Positions 41,366-52,127 of a stretch of DNA of 64,000 nucleotides are shown here, one piece after another. The notes beneath the pieces were generated by a model. That model saw only the letters and a program-made list of their open reading frames with translations, searched no databases and was not told the origin of the DNA. Positions within the stretch are counted from its first letter, which is position 1, and each line of letters opens with the position of its first letter. The DNA lies in assembly GCA_024709505.1 (NCBI GenBank), contig JANJWP010000003.1, positions 4,767 through 68,766 on the forward strand, written 5' to 3'. A program made the translations under genes and the position numbers. Origin of the DNA: Candidatus Altimarinota bacterium. Its GTDB lineage: Bacteria; Patescibacteriota; Gracilibacteria; BD1-5; UBA2023.

Positions 41366-44300
41366 TTAGGACTCTTTTTTCGCCCCATCGGAACCTTCGT
41401 AATTGGCAAGAAGCGAATACACGATGGCTCGACCGACGGAAACGTAGCGGAAAACGAGGGCTTGCGCGACGGCTTCGACCGCGTCCTTTTTGTTCATTTC
41501 CTTGAAGCGGTCGAACCCTTCGCCTTCGACGATTCCCCAAGCGGGAACGACGAGTTGGGTGGCTCCGCCTCAAATTGCCGACCATTTCCACGAAGCGCCC
41601 TGTTCGCCGAAGAGGACCCTGGGGATCCAATGCCGACCGCCTCCGTGTCCGGCGTGGGCATCGCCATGCGCGTCATGGCCGCGTCCGGCGAGTTTTTCCT
41701 CAAAGGAACGGACGGCCTTCACCCACGCGCGTTCGCCGAATTTCGCGATGAACGACTGGCGTTCGGTCGGCGTGGACAGGTGTTCCGGATTTTTAGATAC
41801 GCGATTGAACATGCCTTCGGCACGGGCGAAGAACTTGCTTCAAAACACCATCTCGGCAGCCCGTGCGGAAACATTTTCCGGTACGGTCTCGGGGGTGACC
41901 TTTTGCCAGCCGTTTCCGGCACGTTTCTCAAACGCGACGGCGCCGTTTTCGAACGTCATGCGGAATTCGCTTCCGGAAATCTCGGCCTTATCGAGAGAAC
42001 GAAGTCGTCCCGAAAGCCGGTCGGAGGCGAATTTCGAAAGGAATTCGAACCGGGATCCGGGAGAAGCGAGACGCTCGGAAAGCCCCTTCGCAACTGCCGC
42101 GGGAGAATCGAAGACGACCGTTACGTTTTCGGTTTTGAGCGAATATCCGGTCGGAGTTTTCGCAATGACCGTCTCACCCATGACGAACTGGTCTCCGGGT
42201 TTCTTCAGTCTGGAAGCTACCGAATAGGCGAAACGTTCGAAATTTTCATCGGAAACGGTACGCACAACCTCCGAAGCCGCGGGCGGAGTAGCCGTGCGCG
42301 GGGCGTTTTCTGCCGATGCGGAACGGGGTTGCGCGGACGGACGCGCGGAAGTAACGGAACCGATTGGGCGAACCGAAGCCGAAAGTTCGGCGATTCGAGC
42401 ATCATAACTGGCGATCACATCCCTCGGAGCGCCGGAAGAAGCGGCCTGAGAGCGTTCGCGGATAGCGCGGTTCAATTCTTGACGAACTTCCGTGGCCGTA
42501 AACGCGAGCGGTTCCGAAACGACGCTCGGAGCGCCGGTTTCCGGATCGCGGACGGCGCGGAAACGGAATTTTTCCGCCCCCACCATGGCTCCGCGGAAAG
42601 CGGCAGCCATAAGGACGGCTTGAAGCGCTTCTTCAGCCGTCCACTTTTCGCCCTGCCAGCTCGAAATTCCATAGGAAACCCCGAGCGCGGCGGTTGAATC
42701 AGCGCCGATAACGGCAGCGAGAACCGCCTTTTGTTCGGAGAGCCTCTTCGTGACGTCGATGGCAATTCCGGCCTTGCGGAGAACTTCTCCCGCAATCGAA
42801 AACGCACCTCAAAACGCCATTGCCTGAGCGAGACTTTCCCAAGAGTACGCCGAAGTCGGAGTCCATTCGTTGCGTGCCGTGGCAATCACGGAGCGAATTC
42901 CGCCATGTCCAGCCTCGAAACCCGCTCAACCTCAGACGGTACCGGCAGCCAAGCGGACCGACGCCATCTCCCGCGCACGGTTCCCCAAGCGGGCGGCGGC
43001 CAAACCATGCACCGCGACGGCACCCCATCCGGCGGTTACCGCGCCGACGCCGATGGCGGCGGCTTCGATGGCGATGTCCTTCCAAAGTTCGTTACGGACG
43101 TAACGCTTCGTTTTATCGGAAAGATCGAATGCCCCGACCCCCTCGATATCGGCAAAGGTTTCGAGTTCGAAATTCCCAGTCCGAAGGGCTGGATTCGCGG
43201 CAATATGGGCAGAAAGGCCGCTGGCCGAAACGAATTCAGCGAGTTTCGCTTTCCGGCCCGCCAATTTCATCGAAGCGATTTCTTCTTGGGTCAACGGTTT
43301 TCCGTCGGGCTTGCGAATCGCGTCGTAGGCTTTTTTCGCCTCTTTTGATTCGTAGGCTTTCTCGAGTTCTTCGTTCGCTTCCCGAAGATCTTCGACAAAG
43401 GCGGCGAGGGATTTTTCGGTTGGGAACGCCCGGGCAAGAAAACCGAGGATTCCTACCTGCCCTTTGGAATTCATGACGGTTTTGGCGACTTCGGCGGCGG
43501 ATTTCGTTCGGAGTTCGGTATCGACGAATGCGGTGACGAATTCGAAAACCGACTTCTGGCTTACGTCGAGGCGTTCGAGTTCGCGGGTCGCGAGCTTGCG
43601 CGAGAGGGATTCGGCGGCTCCGTCGAATCCGGCATTGCGGCGGTTCGGCCAAAACGATCCGCGAACGTATTCGTAGACCTTCTTCCGGCGGTCGGCATCG
43701 TTGTCGGCGGCCTGGAATACCTCTCGGAATTCTTTTTCGAGTTCGGTGCCGGAAGCGAACGTCGAATGGACGAATTCCACGATTTTCGACTTCGCCTTTC
43801 CGTAATCGGAGACGTCGAGAGCGGAAAGGAACGCTTCGAAATCCGAAACGCGCTTGCTGAAATCCGGGGCGGATTTCCACTTCGCCGCGGCGGCATGGTC
43901 GGCAACCGCCGAAAGGAGAACGAGCGCGTCGTCGGCAAGCGGTTCGAGTTTTCGGGCGCTTTCAGTCAGGGCTTCCGGGGTCTTTTGTGCATTCTTGGAG
44001 CCTTCGAAAGCCGACATCTCAACTCTCTGGCTGTTTTTTCCGATAACCCAAACCTTTCCGCTTTCAAAGCGCATTCCCACGACGGGGGTTCCGTCTTTGA
44101 GTCGGACGGGAGTGCCGTCTTTCATGCGGAAAGCCCCGTCAGAACGGGATTCAGAGCGGAATTTCGGCACCCCGTCAGAACGGGATTCCGGTGCCGGAAG
44201 ACGGAGAATCCTTTCCAGGTGGCCCATGGTCAATTCGCCGAAAAGCCCGTCCGGACGGCCGTCGTTTCGAGAAACGGTGAATTTCGCTTCCGAAGAAATC

Positions 44301-44959
44301 GAGGCGATCTTTTGCTGGAGGATTACGACGTTCACTTCGTCCGGATGGGAAACCACCCCCTCCAAGAGCGAGGAGAGCTCGCGCAGTTCGGAAGCGTTTT
44401 GAACTCCCTTGGCTCCGTCGAAAGTTTCGAGCGCCACAAGCGATCCCCTAACGCGTTCGATTCTCGAAGCGAAAGCCCCGAGGTGCCTGCGGTTGAATTC
44501 GAGGACATCGGGAGACTTTTCAGCGGATTCGGAAGAAGGCTTGCGCGATTTTTCGGAAGCGGATTTTTTCGGAGATTTCCCTTCCGGTTTGGCTGAGGCG
44601 GGGGAAGTTTCCTTTCTCATCCCCTTTTGGGCAGCTGCGGCGTCGGACTGAATTTTCGCGCGTTCGGCCTCCATTTTTTTCCGGTATTCTTCAAAAAGTC
44701 ATTCCCACCGATCACAAAGGGCGAGAATTTCTTTGGAATCGGAATACTCCTTGCGCTGGATCGAAATCCATTCGCGGGCTTTGGAAATTGATTCTTCGGA
44801 AGGACGCCGGAGGGCATTGGGAAAAACCGGTTCCGAAATGGGTGAGCCAGCTTCCGGATAATACGTATCGTTGCTTTTTGAATCGCGAATGGCCCGCTCG
44901 AAATAGTCGATCTGTGTTTCGATGGTGTGCTTATTGGCCGAGGAGAGGAACTCGAACAT
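41366..44959 (-). CDS. Giant hypothetical protein, 1197 aa, 6 sense UGA
   Basis: Track ORFs 41570..41812, 41840..42610, 42932..44674 and 44699..44986 plus connecting stretches share one frame. TGA at 41570, 41840, 42809, 42926, 42932 and 44699. ATG at 44957-44959. TAA stop 41366-41368. Gly/Ala-rich TM-like segments lie near residues 570-700. Confidence 0.7.
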
Positions 44960-44985
44960 ACGAAAAATGTAAGGATATCCCTTCA

Positions 44986-45014
44986 AGGTTACCCTATCTT
45001 TCGTGAACGCGCAA
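44986..45014 (-). promoter_or_regulatory. Promoter with embedded AAGATAGGGTAA motif
   Basis: Minus strand: TTGCGC, 17-nt spacer (gttcacgaAAGATAGGG), TAACCT, 26 nt before ATG 44959. Confidence 0.5.
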
Positions 45015-45033
45015 AAAATCGGACGTAATCCGC

Positions 45034-46446
45034 CTATTCGGAAACCCGTTCCAACCGGACGACCGTTTCGATATGGTGGGTATGGGGAAACATATCCACC
45101 GGAACGACGTCGGCCAACCGGTATTCGCCGGTCTCAAGCATCGTTTGGAGGTCGCGGGCAAGCGTGGCCGGATTGCAGCTGACGTAGAGGATTTCATCCG
45201 CCTTAAATTCAAGGATGGCCTTCGGCGCGGAGGGATGCATTCCATCACGCGGAGGATCGATGACGATGGCGTTCGCCCGTTTTTTTTCGTTCAGGAAGCG
45301 CGTGACGAATTCTTCGGTTTTCCCCGAAAAGAATTCCACGTTCGTCACGCCGTTTCGAGCGGCGTTCCGGGCTCCATCGGCACTCGCTTCAGGAACGAGT
45401 TCCACCGAATGCACCGAGTCGAACCGACCGGAAAGAAGGATTCCGATGGTTCCGGTTCCGGCATAAAGATCAAGGAGCGTTCCGCCCTTCGACCGCATGA
45501 GCGAAAGAACGGTTTCGTAGAGTTTTTCGGCACCGAGGGAATTGGTTTGGAAAAAGCTTTTCGGATGGATTTCGAATTCGAATCCGAGAAGCGTTTCGAC
45601 GATGGTGTCGGAACCGTGGAGTTTTACGGCCTGCCCGGTGACGATGTCGGCCTTTCCTACGTTCTGAAGCAGATAGACCGATTCAATTTCCGGAAATTCC
45701 GGAACCAAAAACTGGCGGACGAAAACGAGAAGTTCGCCTTCTTCTTTCCGGGAATACGCCGGAAAATCGGTATTCGCCGAAAAAACGAGCATCGTCGCGC
45801 CGGTTTTTTTCGACTTCCGGACGACGAAATGCCGCCAAAACCCTTCCTGAGTCTTCGGGTCGTAGGTCGGAAGTCCCGAATCTTTCGAATAATCGCGCAC
45901 GGCGCGGAATATCGCGTTGATCCGTTCGTCGGCCAATACGCAGTAATCGCAATCGACGATGCGGTCGAATTCGCCCTGCTTATGGAAGCCGAAACGGAAT
46001 TCGTCATGAACCCCTTCCTTAGCGGAAATGTACTTCCCCCAAGAAAATTCGACCTTGTTGCGGTATCCGAGCGTTTCGGGGGAAGCGACGATCGGATGGA
46101 ACGTCGCGGAGGCGGTTCGGTCACGAAGGACGCGGAGCGCGTCTTTTACTTGATCTTCCTTGATTTCCAACTGCTTTTCGTAGGCGATGGGGAGCCATTT
46201 GCAACCTCCGTAAACCTGAAAGTGTGGAGGAAGTTCCTCTTCGAAGGGGGACTTCGAAACGACGTTCAAAATCTGGGCTTCGAGATAGTTTTTTTTGGAC
46301 TTAAGAACGCGGAGATTCACCGTTTGTCCGGGAATCGCTCCGCCGGAAACCATGATTTTCCGACCGTCTTCGTGTTCGGCGAGACCCTTGCCACCAAATA
46401 CGAGCTTATCAATGCGGACGTTTTGCAAAACGGTATCTTTTTTCAT
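45034..46446 (-). CDS. RNA (uracil-5-)-methyltransferase, TrmA/RumA family, with TRAM domain
   Basis: ATG at 46446. TRAM-like N-terminus. SAM motifs LLDLYAGTGTIGILLS, IVIDPPRDG, YVSCNPATLARDL. TAG stop. Confidence 0.88.
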   Translation of the reverse strand: MKKDTVLQNVRIDKLVFGGKGLAEHEDGRKIMVSGGAIPGQTVNLRVLKSKKNYLEAQILNVVSKSPFEEELPPHFQVYGGCKWLPIAYEKQLEIKEDQVKDALRVLRDRTASATFHPIVASPETLGYRNKVEFSWGKYISAKEGVHDEFRFGFHKQGEFDRIVDCDYCVLADERINAIFRAVRDYSKDSGLPTYDPKTQEGFWRHFVVRKSKKTGATMLVFSANTDFPAYSRKEEGELLVFVRQFLVPEFPEIESVYLLQNVGKADIVTGQAVKLHGSDTIVETLLGFEFEIHPKSFFQTNSLGAEKLYETVLSLMRSKGGTLLDLYAGTGTIGILLSGRFDSVHSVELVPEASADGARNAARNGVTNVEFFSGKTEEFVTRFLNEKKRANAIVIDPPRDGMHPSAPKAILEFKADEILYVSCNPATLARDLQTMLETGEYRLADVVPVDMFPHTHHIETVVRLERVSE

Positions 46447-46535
46447 GGAAAGGGGAAAGGGAAGAACGGTGTCTAAAAACGGAAAAACCGGTCGGAATTC
46501 GACCGATTTCCCGTTTCGAATCGTCGGCATGGCAC

Positions 46536-47078
46536 CTACAATTCGATGGCGGAGCTCGTGAGTTCGTATTCGCCGCCCTCGGAAACGAAGGAAGTTTCGA
46601 CGAGGGAAATCTGGGTTTTTCCAGAGCCGATTTTGGAATATGCGAGCATCGCGAGTTCGGTTCCTGCGGGAAGGTCTTTCGCCGATGCGAAACGAACATT
46701 TACGAGCATCATGCCCTCGACGTTCGAAATCTTTACGATTTCGGCATCCTTTTGGACGGTAAACACGTCGTTGATTTTCAGTGCTTCGGCATCCGAAACG
46801 AAGGTTGCGCGAACCTCTTTCACGCCTTTGGCTGGACGTGCGAGGGAAAGCTTGAGCAAATCGGAACCGCTTCCCGAAGATAAAAGCGACAAATCCGCCC
46901 GAACCTCGGGAGCGTTTCCTCCGCCGGCAAATTCTATGGCCGAGGTCTGTATTCGGGTTCCCGCATCGGTACCGAACAGGAAGGCGTTCACCGAAACGGC
47001 GAAAACAAAGGCCGAGGCGATGATGGCGACGTTTTTCTTATGGGTGCTTTTCCGATAGGCCTCGAAGAAGTCTTTCAT
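46536..47078 (-). CDS. Hypothetical membrane-anchored protein, 180 aa
   Basis: ATG start, N-terminal TM VAIIASAFVFAVSVNAFLF, TAG stop. Confidence 0.6.
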   Translation of the reverse strand: MKDFFEAYRKSTHKKNVAIIASAFVFAVSVNAFLFGTDAGTRIQTSAIEFAGGGNAPEVRADLSLLSSGSGSDLLKLSLARPAKGVKEVRATFVSDAEALKINDVFTVQKDAEIVKISNVEGMMLVNVRFASAKDLPAGTELAMLAYSKIGSGKTQISLVETSFVSEGGEYELTSSAIEL

Positions 47079-47171
47079 GGAAGGGTGGTAAAATTGACGG
47101 CTCCATCTTACTCGTGTTTTAAGACAATGTCAAACCTTGGCCGCGCCAAAGGCAAACGTCGCGAAGCGGAA

Positions 47172-47543
47172 CTACAAAGCCGTTTTTCCTGCCGTCGAAA
47201 GAATCTGGAACATGACGTATCCGACGAAAGAAGCGTAAGCGGCAGCGTATCCGACATGCCACCAAAACAACGTCCAGGAACGGGCTTCGGGCTTTTGGAA
47301 AAAGAAATTCCGCACGGCCTCGCCAACGAGCGCGATGGCCGCCACAAGCCCGGAGTATCCTCAGGAGTACGCGGTAATCGCCGAAAGGAGCGGCGTTATA
47401 AACGCAATGTCCGATCGAGGGCTCGCCGCCACCATGGAGACCGCGATGGCGAAGGTCGCAAAATTGAAAACGCAGACGGTCTTGCTTAGGTTCCATTCTT
47501 TCGAAAAATCCTTCCAGATTCGGACGGGGGAAAGGGGCTCCAT
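47172..47543 (-). CDS. Small integral membrane protein, 123 aa
   Basis: Track ORF 47361..47543 continues through TGA 47361 to TAG 47172-47174. Three or four hydrophobic segments. Confidence 0.55.
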
Positions 47544-47713
47544 GTTTTCGTGGGAGAAAAAATACTTTCGGGCATTGTATCGACGTTTAAAAAAAACGCT
47601 CGCTAATTTTACCTTCGCACCGGGAGTTTTTCCGGTTATGGGGTTTCAAAAATTTGCGATACCGGAGGGAGGAAGTATAGTTTCCTAAATTTTAGCCCCT
47701 TCTCCTTCCGACC

Positions 47714-48799
47714 ATGGCCATGAAAAAAACGCTCGTCGTCGTTTTCGCCGCTATCGCCCTTCCGGCAACCTCGTTTGCCGCACTTGAAACCGGCGCCCTT
47801 CGGGTGGACATCAACGATGCCATTCAGCGTCTCGTCGCCAAATACGAAGCGCGCATCGCGGAGCTCGAAACGGAAAACGCCGAACTGAAAAAGAAGCTCT
47901 CGGGCCTTGCTCCGGGAACCGTCATGTCCGTCGAGACCGCCACGGGAACTTCGTCGGTCACCCAAATCTCGAAGCCTGTCGCGAACGCGGCCACGGGTGC
48001 GACGAACCTTCCGGCTTCGGTCATGGCAAATACCGGAAACGCCAGTTTCGACGCGATCATACGATCGATGAACGCATCCTTTCCTTCGATCTTAAAAGAA
48101 AACGGGCTCCCGGAGGCGGCGCAGCTCGGCCTCTTTGAGTTCGTCGAAGGAAAAAACGCGTTCTTCATTTCGATTGACGATGGAAAAAATCCCGTCGGAG
48201 TAAGCGCTTTCAAAACGAAAATCCTCTATTCTTACGACGCTTCGCTCAAAACGACCGTTACCGGAAAATTCGACCTCAACTACGACGTCCAGCGCTACGT
48301 AACCACTTTTGGAACCAATCCCTATGCCGGAACCGTGCGCATCCGCGTAAAAAATCCCGCGTATACGGGAAAACTTCTCGAAGAAACCGCCTCCGCATCG
48401 GCCGGAACGGCATCCTCCACGGCAAGCGCGGCAAATTCCGCCACTTCCCCGGCTTCGTCAAGCACCGCCACGACGCAAATCGTAAGCGTGGACGTTACCG
48501 CCAAGGACGTCCGGGCCGCCTACGACAAAAACAAGCTCGCGGAAGCCATCAAGCTCGCGAACGCCTACCTTGCGAAGAATCCGGCGGACGTTGAAATCCT
48601 TACCGTTCGATACCGGAGCCTCTACATTACCGGAAAATACGCCGATTCGCTCAAGGACATCGCCACCATCGAGTCGGTACAGGGAACGAAATTCGACTGC
48701 ACCATTGCCAAGGATGCGTCGTTCATCGCGAAATCGGCCAAGGATACCGCAGCGGCGACCAAGTACGCGACCTACGTGACGAACTGCAACAAGCGCTAA
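47714..48799 (+). CDS. Secreted hypothetical protein, 361 aa
   Basis: Signal peptide MAMKKTLVVVFAAIALPATSFA, a coiled-coil segment, an Ala/Ser/Thr linker and a TPR-like C-terminus. TAA stop. Confidence 0.7.
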   Translation: MAMKKTLVVVFAAIALPATSFAALETGALRVDINDAIQRLVAKYEARIAELETENAELKKKLSGLAPGTVMSVETATGTSSVTQISKPVANAATGATNLPASVMANTGNASFDAIIRSMNASFPSILKENGLPEAAQLGLFEFVEGKNAFFISIDDGKNPVGVSAFKTKILYSYDASLKTTVTGKFDLNYDVQRYVTTFGTNPYAGTVRIRVKNPAYTGKLLEETASASAGTASSTASAANSATSPASSSTATTQIVSVDVTAKDVRAAYDKNKLAEAIKLANAYLAKNPADVEILTVRYRSLYITGKYADSLKDIATIESVQGTKFDCTIAKDASFIAKSAKDTAAATKYATYVTNCNKR

Positions 48800-49821
48800 G
48801 CGAAATCGGAGCGGATTTTTTCCACGGCAGGAAGGAGCGCCGCGAGTTTTTTGCGCGAATCTTCGGGAACCATGCCGCTTGCGGACGCTTTTTTCAGTCC
48901 TTCCGATAATTCCTGAATCTGACTTGAAATTCTTGCGGCAGAGGCCGCGTCAAGGGACGAACGGTTTTCCGCAAGAACTTTGAGATCCCCGGAATTGGCA
49001 CGCAAATATCCCTCGATTTTTCCGCTCGCGGTATTCGCGGCGCCCGCAATGTCAAAAAAGGAAGCGTTCTTTTTAATGTCATGGAGTTCGCGCTTCAATT
49101 TGTCGCCGTTGGCGATTACTTTTCGCGATTTCGCGTCAACGTCATTGTCCGTGCCTTCCGAAAGGGTTGGGATTTTCGAAGGCGCCGCTTCTTGGGCGGC
49201 GTCGGACTTTTCGGCCTCAGACGCTTGTACTCTCGTAAGGGCCCGCTTCATTTCGTTCAACGGAACGCCTACGCTGCCATCGGGATTTCGAACCGCAAAC
49301 TTTCCGAATTCGTCGGAACGGGCGTCAATGCCAAGTTTTTGAAGGATTTCCGGAGAGTTTGGAACGTTGACGGTGGATGCCGAAACGTCAATACCCGCCT
49401 TTTCCATTTCGGAAATCGAATGGATTATCGAACGCGCGGTTTTACCGCGTTCCAGGCCGGAAGGAAGTTCGGCAACCTTGCGACAATTGTCGGTAATTTT
49501 CAAAAGGCTCTCGGAACTCGGCTCCGAACTCGATTCCTTCGAACGCGCGGCGCGGGCTTCGACCGACATTCCCAGCTTCTGCGCAAGCGATCGGAAAATT
49601 CCGCCTTCCCGCGCGGCGCGTTCGAGAAAATCAGCGGCCTTCCCGGCTAAAAGGTTTCCGAGTTTTTCATAAAATTCGGGGGAATTCAGGGCGGTCCGCA
49701 ATTTTTCGGCATTCTCACGGACGTTTTTCGCCACCGATTCGAGCGCGCGTTCAGGAGAACGAATGGCGGCCTCGACCGAACCGAGTTCCGGTTTTTCCAT
49801 AAACGGATTTGTTAAAGGCAT
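48796..49821 (-). CDS. Hypothetical protein, 341 aa
   Basis: ATG-to-TAG ORF on the same strand as groEL and downstream of it. No family recognised. Confidence 0.6.
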   Translation of the reverse strand: MPLTNPFMEKPELGSVEAAIRSPERALESVAKNVRENAEKLRTALNSPEFYEKLGNLLAGKAADFLERAAREGGIFRSLAQKLGMSVEARAARSKESSSEPSSESLLKITDNCRKVAELPSGLERGKTARSIIHSISEMEKAGIDVSASTVNVPNSPEILQKLGIDARSDEFGKFAVRNPDGSVGVPLNEMKRALTRVQASEAEKSDAAQEAAPSKIPTLSEGTDNDVDAKSRKVIANGDKLKRELHDIKKNASFFDIAGAANTASGKIEGYLRANSGDLKVLAENRSSLDAASAARISSQIQELSEGLKKASASGMVPEDSRKKLAALLPAVEKIRSDFA

Positions 49822-50105
49822 TGAAGGGAACGTTCTAACGTTTCGTTTGCGACGGAGGATTCCTTTTCCGCTTCTGACATCTCCCGAACCTGCAGCTCCT
49901 TGAGCATGCCGATCCGGGAAACGAGGCGGTCGTAGCGGCCGGAATCGGACACTTTTTCGATTTCGTCTTCAAAGAGCGCAAGGAGCCCGTCGATTTCGGA
50001 TTCGTCGAACTGCGAACTCCCCACGTAGGCATGGAGTTCTTGGGCGGCATCAAAAATACCGAACAATTCTTCGAGAATCGAAAGAAGCAGGCGTTTTTTA
50101 TCCAT
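49812..50105 (-). CDS. Hypothetical acidic protein, 97 aa
   Basis: ATG-to-TAA ORF overlapping the next gene's start by 10 nt. Confidence 0.55.
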   Translation of the reverse strand: MDKKRLLLSILEELFGIFDAAQELHAYVGSSQFDESEIDGLLALFEDEIEKVSDSGRYDRLVSRIGMLKELQVREMSEAEKESSVANETLERSLQCL

Positions 50106-50246
50106 AATTGGAAAGTTTTTTTTATTTCACCATGCTTGTTCGAATTTCGCAAATTCCGGGAATGGAACGCACGGTGAAATCTCAGGAATACGAAAAAATC
50201 CCCCCGACTCCTTACGGATCGAGGGGATTTTGATTCCGGAAATTCG

Positions 50247-51890
50247 TTAGTACATCCCCATTCCGCCACCCATTCCTCCGTGGTCGTGAGCGGGAGCGGA
50301 TTCTTCCTTCTTCGGAGCTTCCACGATGAGGGCTTCGGTCGTAAGGAACATTCCGGCGATGGAAATGGCGTTTTCGAGCGCGGAACGCGAAACCTTCTTC
50401 GGATCGATGATTCCGGCTTTGACCATGTCGGTAAATTCGTCTTTTGCGGCGTCGTACCCGTAGTCGGCATCGCCGCTTCGAAGGATGTCGGCAACGATGA
50501 CGGCGCCTTCTTTTCCGGCGTTTTCAGCAATCTGCCGAACCGGATACGAGAGCGCCCGAGCGACGATGTGGGCGCCGATTTCCTGGTCGCGATTGTCGAA
50601 TTTGGCGCCTTCGAGGGCTTTTGCGGCTTTGAGAAGCGCGACTCCGCCTCCGGCGACGACGCCTTCGTCAACGGCCGCCTTGGTGGCATTGAGGGCGTCT
50701 TCGATGCGGAGCTTCTTTTCTTTCATCTCGACCTCGCTTGCGGCGCCGACTTTGACGACGGCGATACCACCGGCAAGTTTGGCGAGACGCTCAAGGAGCT
50801 TTTCCTTATCGTAGTCGGACTTGGTCGCTTCGACCTGGGCCTTGATTTCCCGAACGCGAGCATCGATGCGGCTCTTGTCGCCAGCACCGCCCGAAACGAT
50901 GGTGTCGGATTTGGTCGCGACGACGCTCTTGGCCCGACCGAGATGTTCGATGGAGGCGTTTTCGAGTTTGTAGCCGAGTTCTTCGGTGATGACGGTCGCA
51001 CCGGTAAGCACCGCGATGTCCTTGAGCATTTCTTTCTTGCGGTCGCCGAAACCCGGAGCCTTGACCGCGAGAACGTTCAGCACGCCCTTGAGCTTGTTCA
51101 AAATAATGCCCGCGAGCGCGTCGCCGTCAACGTCGTCGGCGATAATGACGAGCTCGCGCTTGCCGGTGGAGGCCAGCTGTTCAAGCACCGGAAGGATGTC
51201 CTTCAGCGAGGAAATCTTTTTGTCGGTGACGAGGATGTGCGCGTCGGAAACGCGGCCTTCCATTTTTTCGCCGTCGGTCACCATGTAGGGCGAAACGTAG
51301 CCCGAATCGAACTTCATGCCTTCGGTAACTTCGACTTCGAGGCCGAAGGTCTGACCTTCTTCAACGGTGATGACGCCGTCTTTTCCGACCTTGTCCATCG
51401 CGTCGGAGATGATGGCGCCGACTTCGGCGTCCTGGGCCGAAATGGTGGCTACCTGGGCGATTTCGTCTTTGGAGTTAATCGCTTTGGCGTTTTTCGCGAG
51501 TTCGGCGGCGACGATTTCGCCAGCCTTCTTCATGCCGTTTTTCAGTTCGATGGCATTGATGCCCGAGCGGATTTCACGGAGCCCTTCTTTCGCCATGGCG
51601 TACGTGAGGAGCGTGGCGGTGGTGGTTCCGTCTCCGGCGGCGTCGTTGGTGCGCGAAGCGGCTTCCTTCACGAGCTCGGCGCCCATGTTCTCGATCTTGT
51701 CTTCGAGTTCGATTTCTTTGGCGATGGTTACGCCGTCGTTGGTGACTTGCGGAGCGCCGTACCCCCGAGAGAATACGACGTTTCGGCCCTTGGGACCGAT
51801 GGTGGCAGTAACGGTTTTGGCGACCTTTTCCATTCCCGAGAACATCTGGAAACGGGCTTCGTCGCCGAAATGGATGCGTTTAGCGGACAT
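50247..51890 (-). CDS. groL: Chaperonin GroEL
   Basis: 547 aa. AKRIHFGDEAR..., GDGTTTATLL, and a C-terminal GGMGGGMGMY tail. TAA stop. No internal UGA. Confidence 0.97.
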   Translation of the reverse strand: MSAKRIHFGDEARFQMFSGMEKVAKTVTATIGPKGRNVVFSRGYGAPQVTNDGVTIAKEIELEDKIENMGAELVKEAASRTNDAAGDGTTTATLLTYAMAKEGLREIRSGINAIELKNGMKKAGEIVAAELAKNAKAINSKDEIAQVATISAQDAEVGAIISDAMDKVGKDGVITVEEGQTFGLEVEVTEGMKFDSGYVSPYMVTDGEKMEGRVSDAHILVTDKKISSLKDILPVLEQLASTGKRELVIIADDVDGDALAGIILNKLKGVLNVLAVKAPGFGDRKKEMLKDIAVLTGATVITEELGYKLENASIEHLGRAKSVVATKSDTIVSGGAGDKSRIDARVREIKAQVEATKSDYDKEKLLERLAKLAGGIAVVKVGAASEVEMKEKKLRIEDALNATKAAVDEGVVAGGGVALLKAAKALEGAKFDNRDQEIGAHIVARALSYPVRQIAENAGKEGAVIVADILRSGDADYGYDAAKDEFTDMVKAGIIDPKKVSRSALENAISIAGMFLTTEALIVEAPKKEESAPAHDHGGMGGGMGMY

Positions 51891-51923
51891 GACAAAAATG
51901 CGTTAGGAATATTTTGAAGCGCC

Positions 51924-52127
51924 CTATTCGAGCGCGAAGGGAATTTCTTTAACCTCGTAGGTCCGGTTGGAGAGGCTCTGGTTTTTTAAAACCGGGGAGG
52001 CGCTCGCCGTGAGTTCGGTGGTCGTCACGAGGTAAAACCCTCCGTTATACCGGATCGAAACGACGTGCTCGGGATTGAGGTATACGGTTTGTCCGGTAGT
52101 CAGGACGAAGGGAAAGAAATCCGCCAT
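51924..52127 (-). CDS. Small hypothetical ORF (67 aa) between groES and groEL
   Basis: ATG 52125-52127 lies 11 nt after the groES stop. TAG stop at 51924-51926, 33 nt before the groEL ATG. No SD and no family recognised. Confidence 0.4.
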   Translation of the reverse strand: MADFFPFVLTTGQTVYLNPEHVVSIRYNGGFYLVTTTELTASASPVLKNQSLSNRTYEVKEIPFALE

